Assembly: GCA_026709325.1 (NCBI GenBank)
Contig: JAPOTF010000066.1
Location: 4,501 to 68,500, forward strand
Direction of reading: 5' to 3'
Length of the DNA stretch: 64,000 bases
From: Roseovarius sp.
GTDB lineage: Bacteria > Pseudomonadota > Alphaproteobacteria > Rhodobacterales > Rhodobacteraceae
The notes beneath the pieces are model-generated. The model ran no database searches. It saw nothing but the letters and a program-made list of their open reading frames with translations, and was not told where the DNA came from. How positions within the stretch are numbered: the stretch's first letter is position 1; each line of letters opens with the position of its first letter. Shown here piece after piece: positions 50,071 to 59,958 of the stretch. The position numbers and the translations under genes were made by a program.

Positions 50071-53006
50071 CCGAGAATCTCCGAAACGGGTTTGTCGGAA
50101 ATCTCCCACTCTCCGAAGCGCGCCAAATGATCGTAATTTCCGGACTCGCCTTTCAGCCGCATGGCGCGTCGCGACGTGTATCCCCTGACCGGATTCATGT
50201 AGGCGGCAATCAGATATCCGAGGTTTTTCCAGACTTCTGAAACAGGTTCGGTCTCAAGTGGAGCATTTACATCCGCGGGATTGCCACCGAGGCCAATGTA
50301 AACGGCGCGTTCAACCCTTGACGGCGGGAAATCTCCAAATCCGGCAATCTCCGCGAGTGCGGCCTCTATCAGAAGCTGCTTGTCAAAGGAGAGCTGCCGG
50401 GCCTTTGATGGAGGAGCACCTGTTTTATAGTCGTAGATGTGAAACCCGCCCGATTCGTCAACATCGATGCGGTCGGCCTTGGCAGTTATGGTAAAGTCCA
50501 ATTCCGGGAGATTTGCCGAAGCCTTGACCTCGAGCATCTTTGGTCGTGCCATGGCCTGCCGCGCCTGCTCACCTGCAAGGAAGTGGTCGGCAACGCGCTC
50601 CATCCTCGCGCGCAGAATGGATCTGGCCGCGGCCCACTGGATTTTTTCTTCAGAAACGCGGATCGTTTCGGTGACCAGACTTTCCCTTGTGGGCGTCGCG
50701 TCATTGTCAATGGACGCCTTGATCACGTTCTCGAAAACCGCATGCAAAACCACGCCTCGAAGCAATGCGTCCGGTTCCGGTTTCAATGGATCCAGTGGCT
50801 TTAATCCAAGCACGTGGCGGGCGTATATCGCATAGGGATCGCGTATCAGAGTTCGAATTTCCGTTACGGACAGCTTTTTGGGTCGAGCCGGCACGGGAGG
50901 ACAAGGCGAAGGCCTGATGGCCGGCGGGATGGCTTCCGATTCCTCAAACATGTCCGCCAGGTCAAGCCAGCGCGTCCCGCGACTGCGCATGTCACGGAGC
51001 GCATCGGTTCCCGCCCCATCCGGGAGTCCGGTTAGCAAATTTACCAATCTGTTGATCCAGCGGGACGGGACGGTTTCCGCATCATCCGACCGCAGGGACC
51101 GGGTGAGCCATACTTCCGAACCAAGCGATGCCTGCTGAAAATCATGCGCGGAGAGACCGATTTTGCGTTCGGGCATCAGCAGTCCCGCCTGCCGCCGGAG
51201 AGCGCGGTTCAGCCATGGATCGGTTCCGGGCGCGGTGGGCCATGCGCCCTCGTTGAGGCCTGCCAGAATATACAGATCCGCCTTTTGAGCAAACGCCTCG
51301 CGTGAACCGAGAATGTAGATGCCGGAACCCGATCCAGACGCCGGATCGGCATATTTTCCGGATAGCACCGACAGGAACAGGCTGGAATAATCGGCCGCAT
51401 CAAGATTTGCGGAAAACCGGGCATTCTCTTCAAGTTCGAAAATCGCGTTTCGGACCGCGCGGCCGTCGTTCGTTTCCCAAAACCGAGATGCTCCGCCCAT
51501 TGATCCCGATGAGATTTTTTCGGCTAGCTCAATGTGATGCGATACCCGCTCGGCAAGTGGAAGAGCATCCCCGCTTTCCAGGCCGATCAGACAGGAGCAA
51601 ACCCATTTTGCCCATGGGATGACGGTTTTTCCTCTTCGGCCATGCGTCCATTTCATGATGTCTCCGGCCGCGGGATAGGGCATGCCGCGTTTTCGAAGGT
51701 GGATTTCAAGATTCCGGGCATGCCCCAGATGCCAGCTTCGGCCACCACCGGAATGCGCCATCGGATGTTTCAGTACAGTCAAAAGATGCTCGGTGCCCAG
51801 CCGATTCCGAAACAGATCCGCCAGATGACGCGCAAATCGTCCCTGCAACGTGTGGTGCAGCGGTTTTCGGGCGCTTTCATTCGGGATTATATCCCAGTGA
51901 TCAAGTGCGCAGACCACCCTTCGGGCCAAATCGCGGTCATCAGTCAAAAGCGCGGCCGTTTCTCCGTCATTGACGGCTTTTCGCATACGCATGGCAATGG
52001 CAAGCGCCTCCTTTCTCGCGGAGGGCGCCTCGACAAACGTTATCTTTTCAGTGGCCGGGAATGCGATATCGCGAAGTTTCGGCCCTTCAATCATCCATTG
52101 ATCCGTTACGGGAGCAGGACGAAGCGCAAGCGAAATCAACCGTCCGCGATCATTGCTGGCCGATTTGGAGCCAGGCCACGGTTTTACGTCCACGGGATGA
52201 CCGTCAAGTTCGGTCATCAGCCTGGCAAACCGGTGCTGCGGATGGTCCTGCGAATTTGGGTCCGCCAGGAGAGCATCCCATGCGCTCCGCGGCATTTCGA
52301 AATCGAAACCGGGCAGGATTACCGCACCTTTCGGGAGTTTTGCGACAGTTTTCATCAGCTGCCTTGACGATCCCCGAGAACCGGTGGACCCGGCTATAAG
52401 CACCGGGCGATTTGGCGGCGTTTCGGTCCAAAGTCTGGAATAGTGGCGCATGACCAGATTCTGGCGGGTTTTGGAATCGGGTTCATGAATGCCGGAGTCG
52501 AAAAATTCGCCAACAATGCCAAGGAAGGATTGAATGCGCTTCCAGTGTCCCGACTGGTCCGCAATGTCCAGTTTCCCGATCAGGTCGGGCGAAACGTCCT
52601 CGCCATGCATCTCGTCCATCAATTCGGAAAGACTGTCCGCCAGATCGTAGAGAGAGGTGCGGGGAGCCATGTCGGGCCGGGCGTCAAGCAATGCCGATAT
52701 GAGACCAGCAAGTTCAAGACGTCTTTTGAGAGGGGAAACGGGATCGGGAATGCCGGGAATGCCGGTTTCGTCTCCGAAATCCGAAAGCAGGGTGATTTTT
52801 GGGAGAAGAAGAGCGGGTCCCTCGTCAAAGTGCGCGCGAATGCTCCGCGCCATGTTTCTTGTGGTGACAATGAGACGCGCGGACGCCAGCACTTCGGGAG
52901 GATGATCGAGAAACCCCTCTCTCAATCCCAGCACAACCGCTTCGGGGAATTCGGCACCGGCGGGAACACCGTACACTCTTGGGGAAATGGCAGGATCCAG
53001 TATCAT
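50067..53006 (-). CDS. addB: Double-strand break repair protein AddB (alphaproteobacterial type)
   Basis: About 980 aa. C-terminal PD-(D/E)xK-like ADRIDVDESGGFHIYDYKTG. Start trimmed to MILDPAISPRVY, giving an ATGA overlap with the murU-like stop. Synteny with addA. Confidence 0.85.
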   Translation of the reverse strand: MILDPAISPRVYGVPAGAEFPEAVVLGLREGFLDHPPEVLASARLIVTTRNMARSIRAHFDEGPALLLPKITLLSDFGDETGIPGIPDPVSPLKRRLELAGLISALLDARPDMAPRTSLYDLADSLSELMDEMHGEDVSPDLIGKLDIADQSGHWKRIQSFLGIVGEFFDSGIHEPDSKTRQNLVMRHYSRLWTETPPNRPVLIAGSTGSRGSSRQLMKTVAKLPKGAVILPGFDFEMPRSAWDALLADPNSQDHPQHRFARLMTELDGHPVDVKPWPGSKSASNDRGRLISLALRPAPVTDQWMIEGPKLRDIAFPATEKITFVEAPSARKEALAIAMRMRKAVNDGETAALLTDDRDLARRVVCALDHWDIIPNESARKPLHHTLQGRFARHLADLFRNRLGTEHLLTVLKHPMAHSGGGRSWHLGHARNLEIHLRKRGMPYPAAGDIMKWTHGRRGKTVIPWAKWVCSCLIGLESGDALPLAERVSHHIELAEKISSGSMGGASRFWETNDGRAVRNAIFELEENARFSANLDAADYSSLFLSVLSGKYADPASGSGSGIYILGSREAFAQKADLYILAGLNEGAWPTAPGTDPWLNRALRRQAGLLMPERKIGLSAHDFQQASLGSEVWLTRSLRSDDAETVPSRWINRLVNLLTGLPDGAGTDALRDMRSRGTRWLDLADMFEESEAIPPAIRPSPCPPVPARPKKLSVTEIRTLIRDPYAIYARHVLGLKPLDPLKPEPDALLRGVVLHAVFENVIKASIDNDATPTRESLVTETIRVSEEKIQWAAARSILRARMERVADHFLAGEQARQAMARPKMLEVKASANLPELDFTITAKADRIDVDESGGFHIYDYKTGAPPSKARQLSFDKQLLIEAALAEIAGFGDFPPSRVERAVYIGLGGNPADVNAPLETEPVSEVWKNLGYLIAAYMNPVRGYTSRRAMRLKGESGNYDHLARFGEWEISDKPVSEILG

Positions 53007-53689
53007 GTCCGTCTCAGCATGTCCTCTGCCTTTGCAATGGAGTCCGCCGTTCCCACATCGCACCATTTTCCACTGTAGAGCGTGGCATGCAGCCGTCCTT
53101 TCCCCATCATTTTGTCCCATAGGGCATTGAGGGAAAAAGCCTTGTCGGGCATGGTCTCCAGTCCATCGGTCTTGATAATCTGCAAGCCCGAATAAATCGA
53201 ACCCGGGCCGCGTCTTGCCCGCCCGTCGCCATCGATTAAAAAATCGCCGGCTCCCTGATGGCCGAAGGCGTTTTGTCCTGGAATGCATAAAAGGAGAGCG
53301 TCCATGCCGTCGGGTTCCCAATGTTGTTCCAGAATGCAAAGCGGGTTTGCTCCGAGCCAGACCGCATCGGTGTTCATGGTAAAAACCGGCCCGCTTCCCA
53401 GAAGTGGTTGCGCATGACGCAATCCGCCGCCGGTTTCGAGAATGTCGGGGTGCTCATGCGAAACAAGGACATCGGTTTCAGCCAGATGATCCCTGATTTG
53501 ATCTGACAGGTAATGGGCATTTGCGACTATCCGCTCGGATCCGTAATCGCGCACCATATCCAGCGCGTGATCTATCAGTGGTTTGCCGGCAACGGATATG
53601 AGCGGTTTGGGCTTGTCGGCGGTCAGGTTTCCCATTCTTGTGCCGAAACCGGCGGCGAAAAGCATCACTGAGCGGGGTATGTCGCGCAT
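53003..53689 (-). CDS. murU: Nucleotidyltransferase family protein (MurU-like N-acetylmuramate-1-phosphate uridylyltransferase)
   Basis: LFAAGFGTRMGNLTADKPKPLISVAGKPLIDH sugar-nucleotidyltransferase motif, and synteny with the amgK-like kinase. The start may be M9 (53665). Confidence 0.75.
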   Translation of the reverse strand: MRDIPRSVMLFAAGFGTRMGNLTADKPKPLISVAGKPLIDHALDMVRDYGSERIVANAHYLSDQIRDHLAETDVLVSHEHPDILETGGGLRHAQPLLGSGPVFTMNTDAVWLGANPLCILEQHWEPDGMDALLLCIPGQNAFGHQGAGDFLIDGDGRARRGPGSIYSGLQIIKTDGLETMPDKAFSLNALWDKMMGKGRLHATLYSGKWCDVGTADSIAKAEDMLRRT

Positions 53690-54696
53690 TTGCCTTTAAT
53701 TCTGTTGAGAATTTCAGGTGTCGGCTCCGGCAGGGAGCTCATGACGACATCGCGAATCTCCTTGACTGCGGGATGCGATAGATTGCGCTGAAGATAGTCC
53801 CAGACGCGAGGAATTAGATCGATGTAGTGCGATTTACCGTCTCGCGCGCAAAGCCTGGTGAAAATCCCGACAATGCGCAGATTTCGCTGCGCTCCAATGC
53901 AGTTGTAGGCGGCGTGAAAATCCCCCCGATCCTGCCCGGTCGCCCTGATATATCTGGCCATCATGAGATCTTCGATTTCCTCGGGCACATCCCGGCGCGC
54001 GTCCTGCAGCAGCGAGACCAGGTCATATGACCTGTGGCCAAGATTCGCATCCTGAAAATCCAAAAGGCCCACGCGAGCTATTCCCTCTCGCTCTTTAAGC
54101 CATATGAGATTTTCCGCATGATAGTCGCGCAGTATTGTCACATCGCATTCGGGCGCGTGGCGCGACAAGGCCCGGCGCATGGTTTCGCCAAAAAATTCAC
54201 CGGATTCCCCTTCATCCGAACCGGTGCCGACGGGAAGATACCAGTCATATGCAAGCATCGCCAGATCAGTTGCGGCAACCGCGTCATAGGGTGGCAGATC
54301 GGGCGGTTCAAGGTCGTGGAGCCTTACCAGCAGATCGGTTGCCTCGGTATAGAGAAGCTCCTCCGGAACGCCGTTTCTTTCGATGACGCGAGCGAACAGA
54401 TCATCTCCAAGGTCTTCAAGAAGAAGAAGTCCATGCTCAACATTGCGTGAAATGATTTCCGGAGCGCTGAAGCCTCTTTCGAAGAGATATTCATCGACCT
54501 TTATGAACGGCCTTACATCCTCGCCCCTTTCCAGCGGCGAATCCATCAGTATGGCGCTTTGCCCGGCATTGTCTCTTTCAAGTCTCAGATATCGGCGGTT
54601 TGATGCGTCCCCGGCCACGGGAGTTCTGCCTGCATCCGCCCATCCCGCGGTTTCAAGGAAGGTCTCTATCAGCGCCTCGCGCATTGATGTCATCAA
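53665..54696 (-). CDS. amgK: Aminoglycoside-phosphotransferase-fold kinase (AmgK-like anomeric MurNAc/GlcNAc kinase)
   Basis: GDASNRRYLRL, DYHAENLIWL, and LLDFQDANLGHRSYDLVSLLQDAR. Confidence 0.75.
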   Translation of the reverse strand: MMTSMREALIETFLETAGWADAGRTPVAGDASNRRYLRLERDNAGQSAILMDSPLERGEDVRPFIKVDEYLFERGFSAPEIISRNVEHGLLLLEDLGDDLFARVIERNGVPEELLYTEATDLLVRLHDLEPPDLPPYDAVAATDLAMLAYDWYLPVGTGSDEGESGEFFGETMRRALSRHAPECDVTILRDYHAENLIWLKEREGIARVGLLDFQDANLGHRSYDLVSLLQDARRDVPEEIEDLMMARYIRATGQDRGDFHAAYNCIGAQRNLRIVGIFTRLCARDGKSHYIDLIPRVWDYLQRNLSHPAVKEIRDVVMSSLPEPTPEILNRIKGKCATYPAQ

Positions 54697-55174
54697 GTGC
54701 CTCCGGTAATATTTGAGACCAGCGAGGAGCGCTCCAGGTCAATGTGAGCTCTCGCCTATCATAGGATTCAGGGATAAAAAAGCCCAGATTGAGAGCGCGG
54801 TCAGGCGTGAGGTTTTCAAGTCGCTCGGGCCATTCAACAAGACAAATCGCCTGATCGAACGCCTCCAGAAGACCAAGCTCCCCGATTTCGGCGCTGTCCG
54901 TCAGCCTGTAAAGGTCGGCATGCCAGATTTCACCTGCAGACGATTCATATGTTTGAACAAGCGTGTAGGTGGGTGACGGGATGTCTTCGGGACTTTCCAG
55001 CAGGGCGGCAATGAGACTGCGCGCGAAATGGGACTTCCCCGCGCCAACCGGACCTGAAAGAAGCACCGTGTCGCCTGAGAGCAAATGCCCGGCAAGCGAA
55101 ACCGCGATCGCGCTGGTATCGTCCGGCCCGTAGAGAGTTTTGCCAATTGAGTGCGGCGACATGTTTTTGCGCAT
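54653..55174 (-). CDS. tsaE: tRNA threonylcarbamoyladenosine biosynthesis ATPase TsaE
   Basis: LSGPVGAGKSHFARSL Walker A, SPTYTLVQTYE, and HADLYRL. Confidence 0.88.
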   Translation of the reverse strand: MRKNMSPHSIGKTLYGPDDTSAIAVSLAGHLLSGDTVLLSGPVGAGKSHFARSLIAALLESPEDIPSPTYTLVQTYESSAGEIWHADLYRLTDSAEIGELGLLEAFDQAICLVEWPERLENLTPDRALNLGFFIPESYDRRELTLTWSAPRWSQILPEALDDINARGADRDLP

Positions 55175-55175
55175 T

Positions 55176-55620
55176 TTATTTCCAGGCGTTCACTCTAGCG
55201 GCGACAGCCCATTTTGCATAGTCCCGGATTGAGAAGACGGCCCGCGCCGACCTTGTTGCGCCAGTCGCATTGTCCACTCCCACGGATCCATCCCGATGCC
55301 CAATGGACGCCGCCGGCATGTTCGCGCAGCACGGACGTGATGCCGTATCGCGCCGCATATGCCACCAACACGGGCGCAGAGTGACCGTGTCAGGCAAAAA
55401 GAGCCGCCAGCATCCCGCATGCGCCGCGGCGTCGCGGACTGGAAACGCCGGACCTGCGGCGTCCGTGAATGACTTCCCGGCGACCCGGCGTCGCGAGAGC
55501 GGTCGATGTTGAAGAGAACCGAGTCGCGGCCGACGGGCGTCCAAAGAGAGGCCCGCCGGCAGTGCCGCAGCCGGGCGGATTGATGTCGGTGAAGTGGGCA
55601 GCCAAACGGGTTTTTGTTCG
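55176..55620 (-). pseudogene. ampD: N-acetylmuramoyl-L-alanine amidase (AmpD-like, amidase_2) remnant, frameshifted and 5'-truncated
   Basis: Family-like pieces are scattered over three frames. They are LAAHFTDINPPG (compare SAHYLI..DG), VRDAAAHAG (compare RAWHAG), LVAYAARYGITSVL (compare L...RYGI....V) and GIGMDPWEWTMRLAQQGRRG (compare RK.DPG..F.W..LA..G). Only about 445 bp remain before the next gene. Confidence 0.55.
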
Positions 55621-55621
55621 A

Positions 55622-56386
55622 TCAGGCAGTGAGGCCGCCATCGATGACAATGTTCTGGCCGGTCATATAACTGCTGGCATCGGAGGCGAGGAACAGCGCG
55701 GCGCCCGCCATTTCCGAAGGCTCGGCATGGCGTTTCATTGGTATGCCGGCAACCACCTCGTCGTAGAACCCTTCGGTTTCGAATAGGGCGCCAGCGAACT
55801 TTGTTCGCGTTAGTCCCGGAAGCAAGGCGTTGCATCGAATGCCAAACTCCGCGCATTCTCTGGCAAAGACCTTTGTCATATTGATCACGGCGGCTTTGGT
55901 GATTGAATAGATTCCCTGCATGTCACCTGGTGTCAGCCCATTCACGGACGAGGTGTTGATGATGCTGCCGCCACCGTTTTCTCGCATCAGTTTCGCGGCT
56001 TTGATCGATATGAAGAAATAGCCGCGAATGTTCACGTCCAGGGTCTTCTGGAACGCCCCCGGATCCGTGTCCAGCACATGCCCGAAATACGGGTTTGCCG
56101 CGGCGTTGTTAACCAGAATGTCCAACCGCCCGTATTTTTCCCGAATATCGGACATCATGGAATGTATATCTTCCATGTTGCCGATGTGGCAGGGGATGAC
56201 GTCTGCCTTGTGGCCCGCCCGTGTAATCCGATCCGCAACGGTCTGGCACCCGTCGATCTTGCGACTGGACACAATGACCGTCGCGCCATGTTCCGCAAAC
56301 AGGTTGGAGATGGATTCTCCGATCCCCCGGCTTGCGCCTGTGACCAATGCGATCTTGCCGTCAAGATTGAAGAGAGGGTGTGCCAT
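55622..56386 (-). CDS. SDR family oxidoreductase
   Basis: Start trimmed to MAHPLFNLDGKIALVTGASRGIG. NNAA motif, and the catalytic Y-x3-K in YSITKAAV. Confidence 0.85.
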   Translation of the reverse strand: MAHPLFNLDGKIALVTGASRGIGESISNLFAEHGATVIVSSRKIDGCQTVADRITRAGHKADVIPCHIGNMEDIHSMMSDIREKYGRLDILVNNAAANPYFGHVLDTDPGAFQKTLDVNIRGYFFISIKAAKLMRENGGGSIINTSSVNGLTPGDMQGIYSITKAAVINMTKVFARECAEFGIRCNALLPGLTRTKFAGALFETEGFYDEVVAGIPMKRHAEPSEMAGAALFLASDASSYMTGQNIVIDGGLTA

Positions 56387-56617
56387 GATTTGCTCCCTTT
56401 GGCGTAATCGCAATGATGTCACTCCACCGCGGATGCTCGAGATATGCAATGGCTCTGGCGTCGTGCGCTTTCATTCAGAGTGCCAGGTGTCCCCGGCAGT
56501 GTCAACAATTTTCGGAATTCATTTACACCTGGCGGAACAATTGATTTTGGCGGATTAAATCCGTTGCGCGAAACCCGAACAGGACACCCGGGGAACATCC
56601 GGGCGGGGTTTGGATGA

Positions 56618-57406
56618 CTAGACCTTGATGCTCAGCTCTTCGCCCGCGGCTATCAGGTTCCCGGCGTAGTGCCGCTTCAACTCGTCCGCGCCAACGTGAA
56701 ACGCATGACCTCCGACATTCAGCCCATAGGCCCGAGCCGGATCCAGTGAGAAGACGGGAACGGCAATGCCCACCACGTCCTTCCGCCATTTCCCAAATCC
56801 GGTCACATAGCCCTGGTTCCCGTATTCGCTCAGTGCTTCCAGATAGGTGCTGCGCCGCTGTGGTTTAAGCGACGGATCCAGCCTGTCAGCCTGTTCGAAG
56901 GCTGATTCGCGCACGTCTTCGGGCAGGCCGATCAGGATCACCTGTCCTGTTGCCGAAAAGAACAATGGCATCGAGGCGCCGACACTCAGGCTGAGGGCGG
57001 CCACATCCTTGGATCGCTCAACCGCGATATAGATCGCCTCATCCCGATGTCTCTGGGCGAGAGATGCGGACACAAACGGATTCGGACCATTCAGAACGGT
57101 TTTCATCGGCGTCCGGGCGCGGTCTGCCATTTCCGAGGACACCAAAACGTTCAAACCCAGTTTCAAGACACCGGGACCCAGTCGATACAGGCCGGTTCGC
57201 TCATCCAGATTGAGATAATCCAGTTTTACCAGAGTGTGTGTCATCCGGGAAACGGTTGGCTTCGGCAGACCGGTCCATTCAGCGAAATCCGTGTTCGACA
57301 ACTCCGGATTTCCGGGGTCGAAGGCGCGCAGCAAATCCAGTCCCCGCGCAAGGGCCGTGACGAAATTTCGGTCTTTTTCGTCGCCCGTGTCGTCGATAAG
57401 GCCCAT
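56618..57406 (-). CDS. IclR family transcriptional regulator
   Basis: N-terminal wHTH (ALARGLDLLRAF...SNTDFAEWTGLPKPTVSRMTHTLVKLDYL) plus a C-terminal IclR effector domain. 262 aa. Confidence 0.85.
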   Translation of the reverse strand: MGLIDDTGDEKDRNFVTALARGLDLLRAFDPGNPELSNTDFAEWTGLPKPTVSRMTHTLVKLDYLNLDERTGLYRLGPGVLKLGLNVLVSSEMADRARTPMKTVLNGPNPFVSASLAQRHRDEAIYIAVERSKDVAALSLSVGASMPLFFSATGQVILIGLPEDVRESAFEQADRLDPSLKPQRRSTYLEALSEYGNQGYVTGFGKWRKDVVGIAVPVFSLDPARAYGLNVGGHAFHVGADELKRHYAGNLIAAGEELSIKV

Positions 57407-57472
57407 CGCGTCTCCCCGTTTCCGGTCCGGCGGACCCCGCCTGCCGGTCCTGCGTCAAAGTGGACCTGTCTG

Positions 57473-58240
57473 CTAGAGAGTTCCGAAGCTGCGGTTAAGC
57501 TTCCTCATGCCGCCTATCCACTTTTCGTAATTGTCGGTTTTTCTCCGCATATAGCCGCGGACCTGTTCGTGCGGCAAAACAAGAAACACCTCGTCCCGTA
57601 TCGCATCGATGCAGATTTGCGCCACATCTTCGGGCTCCATGATCCCGTCGATCGAGGCAACATGCTCCTCGCTGCCCCTGATCATGTCGGTGCGAACGGC
57701 TTGCGGGCACAGCACCGATACGCGGATGCCCTGATCACCGTATGAGATCGCCAGCCACTCCGCCAGACCCACGGCGGCATGTTTGGTGACGCCATAGGGG
57801 GCCGCGCCGATCTGGTTGAGCAAACCGGCGGCAGAGGCCGTGCTCATAAGATAGCCGCCGCCCCGCTCGGTCATGAGCGGCACCAGGTGCCGGGCCGCCC
57901 AGACATGGGACATCACGTTTATGTTCCAGCTGCGCTGCCAATCCTCATCCGATGCTTCCGGACCACCGGTTGCCGAAATCCCGGCATTCGAGCAGAACAG
58001 ATCAATCGGACCGACCTCCTTCTCGACGGTGCCGATCAGTGTCTCAACCCCGCTCTCCGACGCGACATTGGCAAGTATCGCCCGTCCACGGACCAGGGCG
58101 GCGGTCTCTTCAGCCTTTTCAAGATTGATGTCGGCGCACACGACCTTGGCCGCCCCTTCCCGAGCGCAGGCCCGGGCAAGGGCGCGGCCGATACCGCCAG
58201 CGGCACCTGTTACCACAACAATTCTGTCTTTCAGTTCCAT
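57473..58240 (-). CDS. SDR family oxidoreductase
   Basis: IVVVTGAAGGIGRALA, the NAGI motif, and YGVTKHAAV (Y-x3-K). Confidence 0.85.
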   Translation of the reverse strand: MELKDRIVVVTGAAGGIGRALARACAREGAAKVVCADINLEKAEETAALVRGRAILANVASESGVETLIGTVEKEVGPIDLFCSNAGISATGGPEASDEDWQRSWNINVMSHVWAARHLVPLMTERGGGYLMSTASAAGLLNQIGAAPYGVTKHAAVGLAEWLAISYGDQGIRVSVLCPQAVRTDMIRGSEEHVASIDGIMEPEDVAQICIDAIRDEVFLVLPHEQVRGYMRRKTDNYEKWIGGMRKLNRSFGTL

Positions 58241-58283
58241 ATCAATCCCTCAATCTGGCGGCGAAACGGGTGTCGCCGCGATA

Positions 58284-59948
58284 TTAGCTCAGTTCGCGCC
58301 ACAACACCTTGCCAGTGCCCGAGCGAGGCAGGGCGGACGTGAACACCACCTCTTTGGGGCATTTGTACGCTGACATTTTCTCGTGGCACCAATCGATGAC
58401 GCCCTTTGCCGTCAGGTCGGCCCCGTCGACCGGAACAACATGCGCCTTGACATGCTGCCCGCGCCGGTCATCCTCAACGCCGACAATGCAGACCTCTTTG
58501 ATCTGGGGATGATCGAACAGCACGCCTTCAACCTCGGTGGGCCAGACCTTGAAGCCGGAGACATTGATCATCCGTTTCAGGCGATCCACGATGAAGAAAT
58601 ATCCCTGAGGATCCCGATACGCCAGATCGCCGGTCCGGAAAAAGGGCTTGCCGTCAAGTTCAATGAACGCGGCCCGTGTCGCCTCCGGGTCGTTCCAGTA
58701 GCCTTTAAAGACCTGAGGTCCATTCACCACAATTTCCCCAATCTCGCCAACTGGTACAGGCTCGGAGCATTCCGGTTCCAGAAGCCGGGCATCGACGCCA
58801 TGGACCGGAACACCCAGACACTGCTCTTTCGGCGCGTCCAGCGGATTGACGTGGGTGCCCGCAATGGTCTCGGTCAGACCGTAGCCTTCGATGTAGGGGC
58901 GGCCGATGCGCTGTTCCAGCTTGCGAGCCACCGCTTTGGGCATTGCCGCGCCGCCACCGCTGAGCGTGTGCAGGCTGGACAGATCGCGGGTAAGCGCCCG
59001 TTTGTCGTTCAACAGATCAATCAGCATGGTCGAGATCGAAATCCAGCACCCGATCTTGTGACGCTCGATCAAATCCGCGGCGGTTTCCGCGTTCCAGCGG
59101 CCGAGGATGACAATGGTATGGCCATGGAACACCGGCACATTCATTGAAATCTGCATCCCGGTGACGTGAAAGAACGGCATGGTTGCCAGATGCGCGCATT
59201 GTTCGGGCAGCTCCAGCCAGCCGCCGTTTGACAGGACGGTCGCCATAGCGGTTCCGTGGGTGTGCATGCACCCCTTGGGTTGCCCGGTCGTGCCGGAGCT
59301 GAAGGGGATCACCGCCAGATCATCTGGCGCGGTCTCGCGCGGATCAGGTGTCAAACCGGCGGCCAGCGCTTCCTGAAATCCGGGCGCATCTGGAAAATCG
59401 TCACGAGCGGGGGGCAGGGGATAGACGCAGTTCGGATCGGCCATGTCGCGGTAATCCGCCGCGATGACGTCATTGAGGACACCATCCCTTCGCATGGGCG
59501 CAAGATTGTCGATCAGCTCGGCCCCCGACAAGACAACCCGGGCCTCGGTGGCGTCGGTCAGGAACCGCAGTTCCGCGGCCTTGTTCATCGGGTTGGCTGG
59601 AACAACCACGCCGCCCGCCCTTAGAATGGCGTAGAACGAAATCAGGTATTGCGGGCTGTTCTGCATGTAAAGCAGTGCTCGCTCGCCCTTTTTCAGGCCG
59701 ATCTTTTTTTGCAGGTATCCGGCCAGCGCCTCGACCATTTTCCACAATTGGCCGTATTGGATATGGGCGTCGTTGAAGATGACGGCATCCCGGCACCCAT
59801 GGAGCCGCGCGGCCAGCTCCAGATTTGCGTCGATTGTTCGGTCGGGCTGTTCCAGCGCCGGCAAGGGCTCGAAATTCGAAGAGTGATGGCGGGGGTGGAT
59901 CATGTCTGCCCCGTGTTCCGCAAAATTCCGGTTTGATGAATTGCGCAT
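58284..59948 (-). CDS. Acyl-CoA synthetase (AMP-binding, fatty-acid-CoA ligase family)
   Basis: AMP-binding motif IPFSSGTTGQPKGCMHTH, YGLTET, and TGDLAYRD..GYFFIVDRLKRMI. The start is probably 59948 or 59903. Confidence 0.88.
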   Translation of the reverse strand: MRNSSNRNFAEHGADMIHPRHHSSNFEPLPALEQPDRTIDANLELAARLHGCRDAVIFNDAHIQYGQLWKMVEALAGYLQKKIGLKKGERALLYMQNSPQYLISFYAILRAGGVVVPANPMNKAAELRFLTDATEARVVLSGAELIDNLAPMRRDGVLNDVIAADYRDMADPNCVYPLPPARDDFPDAPGFQEALAAGLTPDPRETAPDDLAVIPFSSGTTGQPKGCMHTHGTAMATVLSNGGWLELPEQCAHLATMPFFHVTGMQISMNVPVFHGHTIVILGRWNAETAADLIERHKIGCWISISTMLIDLLNDKRALTRDLSSLHTLSGGGAAMPKAVARKLEQRIGRPYIEGYGLTETIAGTHVNPLDAPKEQCLGVPVHGVDARLLEPECSEPVPVGEIGEIVVNGPQVFKGYWNDPEATRAAFIELDGKPFFRTGDLAYRDPQGYFFIVDRLKRMINVSGFKVWPTEVEGVLFDHPQIKEVCIVGVEDDRRGQHVKAHVVPVDGADLTAKGVIDWCHEKMSAYKCPKEVVFTSALPRSGTGKVLWRELS

Positions 59949-59958
59949 TGCCGGCGTT

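Noticed and set aside
51534-52367. Long antisense ORFs lie inside recognised genes. Examples are 51534..52367 in addB, 58383..59147 in the acyl-CoA synthetase, 60796..61650 across the kinase/MaoC genes, 57047..57745 across the IclR/SDR genes, 20072..20608 in rbsK and 27060..27602 in hrcA.
   Set aside because: In each case the opposite strand carries a full-length gene with family motifs. The antisense translations have no recognisable motifs and the skewed composition typical of shadow ORFs in GC-rich coding DNA.
55176-55856. A 226-aa minus-strand ORF, and likewise the 244-aa ORF 2459..3193, might be real genes.
   Set aside because: They are Arg/Pro/Gly/Ala-rich, low-complexity translations of GC-rich DNA. 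The first overlaps the well-supported SDR gene and stitches together out-of-frame amidase fragments. The second runs through ORF B in another frame.
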